Shown in pieces: positions 29,840 through 43,038 of a stretch of DNA of 64,000 nt (within the stretch, counting starts at the first letter, position 1; every line of letters starts with the position of its first letter). The notes beneath the pieces were generated by a model. It had not been told where the DNA came from and made no database searches. It worked only from the letters and a program-made list of their open reading frames with translations. This DNA comes from Eledone cirrhosa (taxonomy: Eukaryota). The stretch spans positions 23,250,001 through 23,314,000 of the forward strand of contig OZ024756.1 in the NCBI GenBank assembly GCA_964016885.1, written 5' to 3'. Both the position numbers and the translations under genes were made by a program.

Positions 29840-30182
29840 ACTTTGACCGACCAGTCTGTCGGGCGCCATTCGGTGCCGCTGTTTACTGGCAGGCCGTAAG
29901 TCTAAAGTCCGTCTTAAGCCAGAAGACTCATTTGGCCGGTGCTTATCCGGGTTTCATGGCGTGAAGCGACTGGGAGTACAAGACTCCCCCTGGACAGGAC
30001 GCGAGTCCATCGCAGGGTCAAACCTCCAGTTATTGCTGGTACTCATTTTCAGTTGAGTAAACTGGAGCAACGTGAAATAAAGTGTCTTGCTCAAGGAAAC
30101 AACACATCACCCGGTCCGAGAATTGAACTCACAACATTTCGATTGCAAGCCTACTGCTCTAACCACTAAGCCATGCGCCTTC
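29840..30182 (-). mobile_element. Near full-length CORE-type tRNA SINE
   Basis: Reverse complement reads aaggcgcatggcttagtggttagagc...gagttcaattctcggaccgg...ttccttgagcaagacactttatttcacgttgctcc. Same head as 62522 and 9260. Confidence 0.85.
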
Positions 30183-30828
30183 ACACACACACAGACAGAG
30201 TAATATTTTAGGAATGTTAGGTTTGAAATATCGGCCTCATTATTGTGTCACACTAGACATTCATGCTCCATTACATCCCATCCCACCCACATTGCATCAG
30301 AGATTCTGCTGATGTCGATAGTTGAACATGAAGTTCCCCACTGACAACGATCTCAAGTATTTAGCACATAACTCAAGGTTCAGGTTCCCCTATGCACACT
30401 TTCCTTGAAAACTTTTATTATAAATATAGCGCAAATTCTTCCTAAGAGCGCCTAACTTCCCTGACCTAGTAATACAGGTTCGGACGATGTAGAGGGGGCC
30501 ATTCTCTTGTGGCTGTGGGAGACCTTCTCCCAGCAGATGTAATACAGAAAACGTTGCTCCGGATGATGGTGAGGGAACTGCGCTGAAATAGCCATTCCAA
30601 CTCATGAGGCTCGATCCAACCCTTTGATTGTGTAGGAAAGTGGTACATACGCCTAGAACACAAGAAATCTCAACGGCTACAAGTTTGACCACAAACTCTA
30701 TCAGAGAATGATCGGTACTTTGTCTTAGTCTTGCAAATATTATTGTTTTTCTGATAATAAAAAAATCATTTGGGATATTTTCACTTTTAATTTATCATTA
30801 GTTTTTATTCTTTAACACTAAATCATCA

Positions 30829-30884
<56 letters not shown>

Positions 30885-30888
<4 letters not shown>

Positions 30889-31290
30889 AGTGTAACTTGG
30901 AGTTACTGCAGGTTCACCCGGGTGAGCACTCGATGTTTAGGTTCACTTCTGTGTTGAGGTGTAGAGCTATACAGAGTGTAATATATTGAAAGGATAACAA
31001 GGACGATTGGTTACTTCTTCATTACATTTATTGGTAGGTGATGCGCGTTTCGCCACTGATCAGTTCAAGGTTCGATCGGTATCGATCTTACCCGACTCAA
31101 TAATCGGCAGCTCGACGGACCCTTTAAAAGTTTCTTATACCATTTTAAAGGGTCCATCGAGCTGCCGATTATTGAGTCGGGTAAGATCGATACAGATCGA
31201 ACCTTGAGCTGATCAGTGGCGAAACGCGCGTCACCCACCAATAAATGTAATGAAGGGGTAACCAATCGTCCTTGTTATCCTTTCAATATA
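30885..31290. mobile_element. Fold-back element: ~150-bp inverted arms plus a left tail, in (TA)n
   Basis: 30981-31130 pairs with 31143-31290. Each arm ends GAAAC-GCGC-GTC...AATAAA. Confidence 0.8.
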
Positions 31291-31305
31291 TATATATATA
31301 TATAT

Positions 31306-31440
31306 AACAAAGAAGGTGTGGTAAGATACCAGGTGGATCATAACGCATCGGAGTACTTACTCAATACTTAGGGTAGTAGAGTGGGTAATAGGACAAGAGC
31401 CAGGAACCCGACGGCTGAACTCCGGCCGTCTCGACAGCTA
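31306..31440 (-). mobile_element. Family F1 copy (single arm)
   Basis: aacaaagaaggtgtggtaagataccaggtggatcataacgc...ccgacggctg. Confidence 0.7.
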
Positions 31441-31716
31441 GATCTAGAACATGAAGCTCCACACTGACAACGACCTCAGGTATTCAGCACATAAATCAAG
31501 GTTCAGGTTCGACCAAAGAAACATGTTTTTAGATCTTCCCCTCATAGACACGTGTATCTTTAAAGTAGTTCTCAGGAAGATTCAGTCGGACACAGAATGT
31601 ATCAATGCTAGTTCTTTGAATATCACTACAAATCACTTTCCCAGCTGACTGGACTGGAACAAAGCGAAATAAAGTGATCTGTTTAAGGACAAAACGAGGC
31701 GCCGTCGTTAATGAAA

Positions 31717-32388
31717 CTAGCAGAAAAACCACCGCTCGGGTGGTTTTCTGCTAGCATGTGTAGTGTGTATATTGATATTATACGCAAGTATATATACATG
31801 TAGATATGATACATCAAATAAAATCGTAATTGACAATATACACAGAAATTGAACAAAGCCTATGTTACGCTGTCTTATGTAATCAGTAACGTAATCCATG
31901 ACAGATTAAAAAAAGACGATATTATATATAAACTTCATTAGGAGAAAATTAGTGACGGAAATGTATGAATATTTATTTAAACGATCACTAACCGGAAGTG
32001 TTGACATTTGAAAATTTTAAAGAAGTGAATTTGTAAATAAAATATATTTAATGAACAGCCACGAAATTTAGCAGATAAATTATGTAATATTCATTCAATA
32101 TTTATTCAGTGGATTGGCAGTATCGGTAGATGGTCTGACGCCATGCTTTGCAGCGAAGAGTTACGGCCCTTTATGGTCTGAGTTCAAATCCCGCCGAGGT
32201 TAACTTTTCCTTTCATCCTTACGGGGTCGATAAAATAAAGTACCAGTAATGCACTGGGTAATTGCTGGCCTTGTGCCAAACGTAGAAACAATTATTTATT
32301 CAAAGTAATCCAACTTATTTTACTAAGGGGATAATATAAATTATAAACCGTACGCAGTCCCGCGCTTCTTACTTTATTATAGTTGAGA
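31717..32388 (-). mobile_element. Non-autonomous Helitron-like element with a nested SINE (32109-32292, +)
   Basis: Minus-strand 5' TC, 3' hairpin ctagcagaaaaacc...ggttttctgctag ending CTAG. Sister copy at 61174-61661. Confidence 0.7.
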
Positions 32389-32600
32389 TTCACCAACCTA
32401 CAATGGTGAGCCGAACACTGACCACTAAATATTCCTGGGTGTATACATACAGACATACACACATACGTACATACATACATACATAGATACATACATACAT
32501 AGAAATATACATATATGTACCTACAAATATAATACAAACACAGATACATATCTATCTGTCTGTTTCACGATCTGTTCCACCGTCTTCCTCTCTCTCTTTA

Positions 32601-32638
<38 letters not shown>

Positions 32639-32663
32639 CATTTATATATATATATATATATAC

Positions 32664-32733
<70 letters not shown>

Positions 32734-32837
32734 TTATATATATATATATATACATATATATACATTTATATATATATATATATATACATTTATATATATA
32801 TATATATATACATTTATATATATATATATATATACAT

Positions 32838-32860
<23 letters not shown>

Positions 32861-32869
<9 letters not shown>

Positions 32870-33303
32870 TAAAAAAATAATGAATAAAACAATGAAACAG
32901 TTCCTTATATTAAACAAAAAAAGTTCATTATTTAACGATCGTTTCTAGGACATATATGTGTTAGAATTGGCATGCATATTCAACAGATCTATGTACAAAA
33001 TTATACAAAATTATACAAACTATCAAATATAATATACATACCAACACATACATATGCCGTCTTCAGAAATAACACATATATGTCCTAGAAACGATCGTTA
33101 AATAATGAACTTTTTTTGTTTAATATAAGGAACTGTTTCATTGTTTTATTCATTATTTTTTTAACATTTTATCTTGACTCTGTATTCCGTTTATCTTTCA
33201 CCGAAAGTGATTTTTGAATGCATCTCTTCTTTCCATGATATCCGGATTACATTGAGTTCTTCATACGGATTGGACACTACCGTAAACTTTTGGTAGATTT
33301 ATC
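32861..33303. mobile_element. Short fold-back copy of the Penelope-like family at 45762-50276
   Basis: Minus arm 32861-33071 contains the complete hammerhead. Plus arm 33070-33303 carries the same tail as 50146-50276. Confidence 0.85.
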
Positions 33304-33324
33304 TACATATATATATATATATAC

Positions 33325-33662
<338 letters not shown>

Positions 33663-33682
33663 TGTGTGTGTCTGTGCATGAT

Positions 33683-33723
<41 letters not shown>

Positions 33724-33772
33724 ATCTGTGTGTATATATATATATATGTGTGTATATGCGTGTGTGTGTGCA

Positions 33773-33817
<45 letters not shown>

Positions 33818-33860
33818 ATCTGTGTGTATATATATGTGTGTGTGTGTGTGTGTGCGCGCA

Positions 33861-33909
<49 letters not shown>

Positions 33910-34170
33910 ATCTGTATGTATCTATATATGTGTGTATGTGCGCGCTCATGATATATATATATATACAAGTATGATCTGTATATATATATATATGTGTGTG
34001 TATGTATGTATATCTATGTAGGCCGGTAGCTAGGTAATCTCCTCACACCGCCACCCCGACTGTAATGTGACAACACACCAATTATGATATGATGTCTAAT
34101 CATTGATGTAACGAGGTTGTCACCTCCTCATTTGTCGAGGTGTGTTTTGACTAATAAATAATGCATAACG

Positions 34171-34229
<59 letters not shown>

Positions 34230-34240
<11 letters not shown>

Positions 34241-34555
34241 TATACCTATACACACATACACATATATATATATACCTATACACACATACACATACATATA
34301 TATATACCTATATACACATATACATACACACATACATACATATATATATACCTATATACACATATACATACACACACACATACATATATATACATATATA
34401 CCTATACACACATATACACACACACACATACATATATATACATATATACCTATACACACATATACACACACACACATACATATATATACATATATACCTA
34501 TACACACATATACACACACACACATACATATATATACATATATACCTATACACAC

Positions 34556-34588
<33 letters not shown>

Positions 34589-34719
34589 CCTATACACACA
34601 CCCACATATATATATACCTATACACACATATACACACACACACACATACATATATATATACCTATACACACACATACATACACACACATACATATATATA
34701 CATATATACCTATACACAC

Positions 34720-34758
<39 letters not shown>

Positions 34759-35010
34759 CCTATACACACATATACACACACCCACATACATATATATATA
34801 TACCTATACACACATATACACACACACACACACATACATATATATACATACCTATACACACATACACACACACACATACATATACATATATATATATACC
34901 TATACACACACACATATACATATATATATACCTATACACACACACACACACATACATATATATATACCTATACACACACACACATATATATATACCTATA
35001 CACACATATA
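34230..35010. repeat. CA/TA minisatellite (unit ~cctatacacacatatacacacacacatacatatatata)
   Basis: Recurring cctatacacaca anchor. Confidence 0.9.
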
Positions 35011-35131
35011 TATATATATATATATACATACATGTATATATATATATATATGTGTGTGTACAAACAAAACATGTACAAACAAAACTTGAATCCACATGTT
35101 TTTACATAAATACCTCTCAGTAGTAATAATG

Positions 35132-35180
<49 letters not shown>

Positions 35181-35257
35181 CAGCAGCAGTAGTAGTAGTA
35201 GTAGCAGCAGTTGTAGTAGTAGTAGTAGTAGAATTTGTGATGTCAGGTGACAATTAT

Positions 35258-35445
35258 AATAATTGTTTCTACTTTTGGCACAAGGCCAGCAATTACCCAG
35301 TGCATTACTGGTACTTTATTTTATCGACCCCGTAAGGATGAAAGGCAAAGTCAACCTCGGCGGGATTTGAACTCTGATCATAAAGGGACGTAACTATGCT
35401 GGAAAGCATGGCGTCCGACCCTCTACCGATACTGCCAACCCACCA
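35258..35445 (-). mobile_element. SINE family A
   Basis: Full match. TSD gtgacaattataataat. Diverged relatives at 35468-35640 (-) and 35980-36120 (+). Confidence 0.9.
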
Positions 35446-36157
35446 TCAGTTGTGACAATTATAATAATGATTTCTGATTTAGGCACAAGACCAGTAATTT
35501 TCTTTTGCGGGTGGGGGGGGGTCAATAATATCGTTCTCAGTACTTGATTGGTACTTTATTTTACCCATCCGAGAAAGATGAAAGGCAAAGTTGGCTTTCG
35601 TGGGATTTGAACTCCAAATGCAATGGCCCGGAACAAATTCCGGAAAACCTTTTTCTTTTTTAAAACGTCTTCCCTCTTCTTTGTGTTTCGTAACTTCTCT
35701 CGCACTCCCATTCCTTTTTCGATGAAAGACTAACCGCCGATAAGTAGGAAGAAGACACTTTTTTTTCCTTTTCACACAAGTGTTACTCTAATAACTTGTA
35801 TAAGTACTTGTAAATTACTTCCCGCGTTTGTTTTCACTGTTTTTCTTTGTTGACCTTCCCCTATATATATATGTGTGTGTGTGTGTTAGTGTGTGAGTGT
35901 GTGTAAGTGGGGGGGTGAGCGTGTGTATATGTGAGTGTGTGCGTGTAGTAGAGTAAAGTAATCCACTATTATTTTGGGTAAAATCCCGCCAATGTTAGCT
36001 TTGCCTATCATCCTTACGGGGTCGATACAATAAAGCACCAGTAATGCACTGGGGTCGATTTAATCGACTTTCCACTCCCCAAACTTGGTGGCCTTGCGTG
36101 TAAATCAGAAACCATTATTTTGGGTAAAGGGCGTAAAGCAACATTGGTTTCATTCTG

Positions 36158-36197
<40 letters not shown>

Positions 36198-36450
36198 TTA
36201 AGGATACTATTTATGGTTATGTATGTAATAAAACCTTTTATGGTAATATATTTTTTTTTATACAAACCTTAAATAGTGAAAGATAGTCATTAATTACTAT
36301 CTTATTACCAGTAAGATAAATAGCTCAATGTAATAACATCGGTTGTTTTACAGAGCAGTTATATAGAGATTACAATAATCAAAGTTCAGTTTAAATCATT
36401 TATTTGCTTACAATTGTTTCCTCCTCTCTCTCTCTATATATATATATAAT

Positions 36451-36836
36451 ATTTGCAGATTGGAACAGGTTGGTTTGTTTACTCCGGAGTAATGTAGAAT
36501 AAAATAAGTAAGTCAAATATGTAAAATTTGACTTCGTTTATTATAAATTATAAATTTACTGTTATATATATATTTCGGTGACAGCTATTATTGGCTGTGA
36601 CCTCTTCAGACAGTCCGAATTGGTATGGAAAAGACAGGTACACATGTTGTTGAAGTGTGTTTCACTCTGTCAATACATAGATACATCGAAACACACTTCA
36701 ACAACGTGTGTACCTGTCTTTTCCACACCAATTCGGACTGACTGAAGAGGTCACAGCCAATAATAGCTGTCACCGAAATATATATAGCAGTAAATTTATA
36801 ATACACGAAGCCAAATTTTACATATTTGACTTATTT

Positions 36837-36845
<9 letters not shown>
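36451..36845. mobile_element. Fold-back hammerhead element immediately upstream of the CULT ORF
   Basis: Arms ~36497-36663 and ~36688-36843. CTGAAGA-ggtcacagc...gctgtcacc-GAAA at 36742-36778 with a mirror at ~36572-36608. Confidence 0.8.
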
Positions 36846-36888
<43 letters not shown>

Positions 36889-36959
36889 TTATCTATAAAA
36901 TACTATCAAGAGTGTGCCATATAATCATAAACGTTCCGGGAAAAATAGCATATGGCAAG

Positions 36960-37514
36960 ATGGTGGTGCTATTAGGAAATGCTGTTTTTCCTATAAAAAC
37001 TTCTTCGCTACATTCGTCCGTGGCTTTCGCCTATTCCCTGTCAATTTTGTATTTTGTTTCCAGCTTTATTAGTGTGTTATCAGATGGTTTGCAAGCCTCA
37101 CATCTAATATGTCACCAATGTGGTCATGAAGTAGCATACACAGATGATCTGGTTCATGTGCCAAGTAGTTTAGCCCTTCGACAAAGAAATGATACAATCC
37201 AAAGCAAAGATAAAACAATTATTCAGCTCTTCCGAAATCCTCAAGGTAAATACTTTGAAGTAATAACATTTTCAAAAGCAGAAGTTTTAAAAGCTGATAA
37301 GCCATATAAAGAAGACACCTGGTTTCCTGGCTTTAGTTGGTCAATTGTAATCTGTCCAACCTGTGGTATCCACATGGGATGGTTTTTTGAATCATTTGAT
37401 TCAGCTTATCATACAGGAGAGAAAAAGACATTTTATGGATTCATTCTCAGTCATTTAGTACATCAAGAATATGCTGACAATTTGATTATTGCTCCAAAAA
37501 GTTATATCAGCTGA
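36960..37514 (+). CDS. Cereblon-like CULT (thalidomide-binding/Yippee fold) protein, ~184 aa, hydrophobic N-terminal segment (possibly secreted or membrane-anchored)
   Basis: The ORF has two CxxC zinc motifs (LICHQCG, ICPTCG), the F-x-NPxG-x-x-F motif (FRNPQGKYF) and the tri-Trp cage motifs (TWFPGFSW, HMGWFF) typical of CULT domains. ATG at 36960 is in strong context (aagATGg). AATAAA lies at 37576. There is no Lon-N domain, so I do not call it CRBN. Confidence 0.88.
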   Translation: MVVLLGNAVFPIKTSSLHSSVAFAYSLSILYFVSSFISVLSDGLQASHLICHQCGHEVAYTDDLVHVPSSLALRQRNDTIQSKDKTIIQLFRNPQGKYFEVITFSKAEVLKADKPYKEDTWFPGFSWSIVICPTCGIHMGWFFESFDSAYHTGEKKTFYGFILSHLVHQEYADNLIIAPKSYIS

Positions 37515-37575
37515 CTTATTTCAAAAAAGATTAACATCATTATAAACAGATAAAAAGAAATTATTTTATTCTCTT

Positions 37576-37581
37576 AATAAA
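37576..37581 (+). promoter_or_regulatory. Candidate polyadenylation signal of the CULT gene
   Basis: AATAAA ~60 nt after the stop codon, followed by an A-rich tract at ~37602-37635. Confidence 0.5.
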
Positions 37582-37635
37582 ATCATTGCAATCATAAGAG
37601 GAAAAGAAGAAAAAAAAAAGAAGAAAAAAAAAAAA

Positions 37636-37823
37636 GGGCGGTGGATTGGCAGTATCGGTAGAGGGTCGGACGCCATGCTTTCCAGCATAGTTACGTCCCT
37701 TTACGATCTGAGTTCAAATCCCGCCGAGGTTGACTTTGCCTTTCATCCTTACGGGGTCGATGAAATAAAGTACCAGTAACGCACTGGGTAATTGCTGGCC
37801 TTGTGCCTAAAGTAGAAACAATT
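37636..37823 (+). mobile_element. SINE family A (consensus-like)
   Basis: tRNA-like head with B-box gagttcaaatccc, body gcctttcatccttacggggtcgat, ends gtagaaacaatta. Confidence 0.9.
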
Positions 37824-37824
37824 A

Positions 37825-38823
37825 TCTATAAAAGGCAGATTGTTGTTGTTGTTGTGTGTGTGTACATGTTCCATGTTTATACATTTGCACAATTTGAAAC
37901 CGATTCGACTCATCATCTGTAAGAATGTTTTAAATGGTCTAACTTAGGTCAACGACTATTTATTTCATTCAAACTCACCAACAATTACGAAAATAATCGA
38001 TAAAACTAAATACATGACGACTTAACCCTCTAATACAATCAGATACCCTCTCTCTACTCCCCTTAAAATTCGATAAAACTACATACATGCTGCAACTTTC
38101 TCATATACGATTAGACTTACAAACTTTAAGAGAGAGAACGTTTGTTTTTTAGTGTGGAACGGTCAAACATTTATTTACTTCAATGACAAAGAGAACTTAT
38201 TACATTTCATACGAAACAACAATTATTCAAAAGCAACAGATAAATTTATTCAACAACAAAAAAAATAACGATAAATATTTTTTAAAACATTTATCAACGA
38301 ACGTGGAAGAAAGAAGTATCAGTTCATTTACTATACACAATAATATCCTCTATGAGGTCAGTAAACCTGCTAGAAACAGCAGCTAACTCTCCCCCATGTC
38401 ACACCACTCCCTACTGTCTTAAATTTAGAAAACATATCCTCTATGAGGTCACTAAACCTGCTAGAAACAGCAGCTAACTCTCCCCCATATCACACCCCTC
38501 CCTACTGTCTTAAATTTAGAAAACACACATTAGACAACCATGCAGAACAACTCCATCGCAGCTCTGTTGTTCGGCTGGCATCGTCTACGCGCGTGTTGCG
38601 CAAGTACTGTGAAACAATAAATGTCAACACTTCTTTGCACAGAGACAATATCCATAGGCGAAACTACAATTGTCACTGCTGGCGCAGCTCCTGCTTCGGC
38701 AGTCCAGGTCTGCAATTCATTCACCCAATGCCTGGCAGACAAAAAGGAGCTGCCATAAAATGGGTGGTGCAACCTAACTTTGGTAACTTACTGACCCCGA
38801 GCAACGACGGGCTTTAATGCTAG
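37825..38823 (+). mobile_element. Non-autonomous Helitron
   Basis: A|TCTATAAAAGG start. 3' hairpin cccgagcaacgacggg plus CTAG|T, resembling the terminus at 22411-22439. Internal ~91-bp duplication at 38345-38525. Confidence 0.7.
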
Positions 38824-38831
38824 TATATATA

Positions 38832-39291
38832 TATAAAAGTTACAAAATAAGATGCTGAGGTTACATAAATCGTTTAATCATTATAATTATTTACACGGTT
38901 CTCCATGCAATCGAGAAGTCCTTCATGCATTTTTTTGTTATTGTGAGAACGGTATCCTCAGATGATATCCGATTTATTTGATATGCCGCCAGCAGGAAAA
39001 AACACACGTCCTATTGCTCGTGTACCCAGCAGACATGGGCCCACGAGCAATAGGACATATCAAATAAATCGGTAATCATCTGAGCATACCGTTCTTATTA
39101 CAACAACAAATGCATGAAGGACTTCTTGACTGCATGGAGAATCGTGGAAATATTTATAATGATTAAACGATTTATGTAATCTCAACATCTTATTTTGTTA
39201 CTTTTATTAAAATCTCCAACGTAACTACAAACTGCGATTGTTGTGAGCTTTCTCCTGCTTGCTCCTGTTATACCAAAACAATCTTCTTCGG

Positions 39292-39296
<5 letters not shown>
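38832..39296. mobile_element. Diverged fold-back element plus right tail, in (TA)n
   Basis: 38832-38985 pairs with ~39056-39207. Inner hairpin gtcctattgctcgtg/cacgagcaataggac. Tail to 39296. Confidence 0.75.
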
Positions 39297-39342
<46 letters not shown>

Positions 39343-39345
<3 letters not shown>

Positions 39346-39596
39346 AGGAGGTTATAATTCACTTGAAGCATTGTGTAATGAGGTATAAACGTTTGTATAT
39401 GTATAATAAAGCCAAAACAATGCAGGTATGGACATAGAATAAAGAATGCAAATGCAAAAGACATTGTTGACAATTAGTCTTTTACCTTAAATAAATCTAA
39501 GGTAAAAGACTAATTGTCAACAATATCTTTTGCATTTGCATTCTTTATTCTATGTCCATACCTGCATTGTTTTGGCTTTATTTTACATATACAAAC

Positions 39597-39601
<5 letters not shown>
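39343..39601. mobile_element. Fold-back element: ~105-bp arms, 10-nt loop, left tail, in (TA)n
   Basis: 39385-39488 is the reverse complement of 39499-39601. Confidence 0.85.
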
Positions 39602-39655
<54 letters not shown>

Positions 39656-39658
<3 letters not shown>

Positions 39659-39899
39659 AAAAAAGATGAAATCGAAAATGCAACTAGAGTCTTTTTTTAA
39701 ATATTTATTTGGTTCCTTTATCGGTTTCGTAGTTCTTGTGCTTTTCAAAAGTAGAATTGAGATGGAAGGTTTGTGACAAACCCTCCATCTCATTTTCGAA
39801 GACTCCAGTTGCATTTTCGATTTCATCTTTTTTCGTTATACTTTCACTCTAGAAGGACATCTCGTTTTTTTTTTCATTTTGTAAAAGCCTCATTTTCTA

Positions 39900-39900
<1 letters not shown>
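39656..39900. mobile_element. (TA)n-embedded element with a variant hammerhead on the minus strand and a short inverted arm
   Basis: gatgaaatcgaaaatgcaact recurs at ~13811 and ~41624. The 41670-41720 copy reads CTTGAAAA-gca...tgc-GAAACCGGTA on the minus strand. Confidence 0.5.
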
Positions 39901-39930
<30 letters not shown>

Positions 39931-40128
39931 TGTATGTATGTATGTATGTATGTGTGCGTGTGTGCGTGTGTGCGTGTGTGTGTAAAGGTACACAATCGGT
40001 ACAGTATATGAAAGGGATATATTAGGTTAACGCTTGATATAGCAGGAAGAGGGTCTTAACGTTTCGGACGCTAGTCCTTCATTAGAAGAAAGAATGAGAA
40101 ATAAGATAGATTGAGGGGACGGGCGGGT

Positions 40129-40180
<52 letters not shown>

Positions 40181-40181
<1 letters not shown>

Positions 40182-40329
40182 ACGAAGGAAGTGTGGTAAG
40201 AAACCAGGTGGACCATAACGCACCAGAGTATTCAATACTTAGGGTAGAAAAGTGGGTAATAAGAAAATGTTCAAGACCCCGACGGCAGAGCTCGAGCCGT
40301 TTCGACGGCTATTTCTTGAATATTTTCCT
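40181..40329 (-). mobile_element. Family F1 copy
   Basis: Consensus match. Confidence 0.75.
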
Positions 40330-40583
40330 ATATATATATATATATATATATAGATGTTTGGGGGGTATTAATGTGTGATTATAGCAATTTCATTTAGAAT
40401 GACATTATTTAAAGTTTCACAGGCCTGAGAAAGTACACACAGCTGATCGATTAAGCTGACATCTAAACAAGCAGTAATTGTAATGAATTTCCGAGTTAAC
40501 CTGTTTATACAAAAGACTAAATAATAATATGAACTTTACAACACATACCAACTGCTTCATTAGTTACGCGTGTGTGTGTATGG

Positions 40584-40653
<70 letters not shown>

Positions 40654-40863
40654 TGGGTGTGTGTGTGTATATATATATACACATAAATATATATGCGTAC
40701 GTATATATACATACATACACACATTCAATCATATGCAGGCATATTTACATACATACATATATATATATATATAAACATATGTATATATAAACATAGGTAG
40801 GTAGGTATGCGCGTATGTGTATGTATATATATGTGTGTGTGTATATATATATATGTGTGTGTG

Positions 40864-40897
<34 letters not shown>

Positions 40898-41004
40898 ATT
40901 AAGGGGCTGGATTCGTGACCATCATGATAACCAAGATGGCATGGTGGAGCGCCTAACAGATTTGTCCTTCGTAAAACATACATATATATATATATATATA
41001 TACA

Positions 41005-41205
41005 TAAAATATTTAAAAAATAATGAATAAAACAAAGAAACAGTTCCTTATATTAAACAAAAAAAGGTTCATTATTTAACGATCGTTTCTAGGACATATA
41101 TGTGTTAGAATTGGCATGCATATTCAAAAGATCTATGTACAAAATTATACAAACTATCAAGGAGAATATACATACCATCACATATATATGCTGTCTTCAG
41201 AAATA

Positions 41206-41206
<1 letters not shown>
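41005..41206 (-). mobile_element. Single-arm copy of the 45762-50276 family spanning the hammerhead
   Basis: Matches 32861-33071. Confidence 0.8.
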
Positions 41207-41244
<38 letters not shown>

Positions 41245-41448
41245 ACTTATTTTGTATATAGACCCGTAAATCCTAATGAAGATGCTGGACGCCGTAGTGA
41301 TATACGGCGTTTCTTTTGCATTTTAAGCAGATTTCTTCCAGAGAAGGCTAGAAAGTGAGAAATAGACATAGAGGAAGAATTGACCCCAGTACTAGATTGG
41401 TGCTTTTGGAGAGAGAGAGGGGGAGAGAGAGAGGGGGAAAGAGAGAGG

Positions 41449-41548
<100 letters not shown>

Positions 41549-41859
41549 AAGAGAGAGAAAGAGAAAGAGATAGAGAAGAGAGGAGAGAGAGGGAGAGAGG
41601 AGAGAGAGAGAGAGAGAGAGAGAGATGAAATCGAAAATGCCACTGAAATCTTTTTAAGAATATTTATTTGGTTACCTTTACCGGTTTCGCAGTTCTTGTG
41701 CTTTTCAAGAGTAGAATTGAGATTGAGGGTTTGTGGTTTTTCTTGCATCTGTGTATATATATATATATATACATATACACACCAATATATAACCATACAT
41801 ACATGTAAATTTACATATGTATGCATATATCTTTTTCGCCTACTTATTCCTGAGAAGGC

Positions 41860-42122
41860 CGTGGGGGGGGGGGGCAAAGTCCTCAAACACTCTTTTCCAA
41901 CGAGACCTATCAGAAGCAACCGTCCCCAATTGATCCCGCTGGCTCCCCAAGCAAAACAAACCAAATTTATGGATGGTCTACTGCTGGGTCCGTAAAATCT
42001 GTCCAGCGGTTCTTTGTTGCGACATTCTAACCACGTGTCCGAACTCTCCGAGCTGTGATATCCCAGTTGTGAGAAGTAGCGGCTCTACCAAGAGCAACTC
42101 CCTGATCTCTGACCTACAGATT
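41860..42122 (-). mobile_element. RTE-clade LINE 3' fragment
   Basis: Minus-strand translation IRELLLVEPLLL...SQL...FGHVVRMSQ. Homologous to the 123-bp unit at 57639-58623. Confidence 0.7.
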
Positions 42123-42130
42123 TTATCAAA

Positions 42131-42320
42131 TAACTGTTTCTACTTTAGACACAAGGCCAGCAATTATCCCAGTGCATTACTGGTACTTTATTTTATCGAC
42201 CCCGTAAGGATGAAAGGCAAAGTCAACCTCGGCAGGATTTGAACTCAGATCGTAAAGGGACGTAACTATGCTGGAAAGCATGGCGTCCGACTCTCTACCG
42301 ATACTGCCAATCCGCCACCC
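42131..42320 (-). mobile_element. SINE family A
   Basis: Full match. TSD ttatcaaataac. Confidence 0.9.
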
Positions 42321-42764
42321 TTATCAAATAACGTCGTTCGAGAAGACCGTTCGAAGGAGCCCCATTTCAACCACTTGTATTGTAACCGGGAATCTACATA
42401 TATATAATATACATGTGGGTGTGAGTTTGGGTGTATGTGTGTATGTGTGTGTGTGTGTGTGTGTGTTAAGGGTGGGGGGGGGGGGCTAGGTATTGAACTC
42501 AGTACATAAAGAGAGTGATGGTGATGGTGATGGTGATGATGACAGCCGCAAACATAACCGCTGCCGACATCACCATCACCATCACCATCATGATCATCAA
42601 CATCATCGCCATCGTCATCATCATCAACATCATCGTCATCATTGTAATTATCATCGTTACTATCATCATCATCATCATTATCATCATCAACACCACAGCA
42701 ATCAACACCATGATCACTCACAGAATTATACACCAACAGCAGTGTGTGCTATATAACAAAAGAG

Positions 42765-42794
<30 letters not shown>

Positions 42795-42795
<1 letters not shown>

Positions 42796-42996
42796 ACGAA
42801 GGAAGTGTGGTAAGGAACCAGGTGGACCATAACGCACCAAAGTACTCAATACTTACGGTAGTAGAGTGGGTAATAGGAACGAGTAGGACCCCGACGGCTG
42901 AGCTCAAGCCGTTTCGGCGGCTAATTCTGGGCTAAAATATAGTCCAGAATTCTCCGCCGAAACGGCTTGAGCTCAGCCGTCGGGGTCCTACTCGTT

Positions 42997-42999
<3 letters not shown>
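42795..42999. mobile_element. Family F1 fold-back copy
   Basis: Full arm plus inverted short arm between (TA)n tracts. Confidence 0.8.

Positions 43000-43038
<39 letters not shown>

Noticed and set aside
30390-30720. 100-aa ORF in moderately GC-rich unique sequence
   Set aside because: No recognisable domain. The adjacent ~65-bp segment is duplicated at ~31447-31510, suggesting an old repeat.
36708-36959. N-terminal extension of the CULT ORF to 268 aa
   Set aside because: It starts at a non-ATG codon and runs through a fold-back element and (TA)n. ATG 36960 is the plausible start.
37636-37720. tRNA genes at A/B-box motifs
   Set aside because: These are SINE heads followed by SINE bodies and TSDs. 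No complete cloverleaf is evident.
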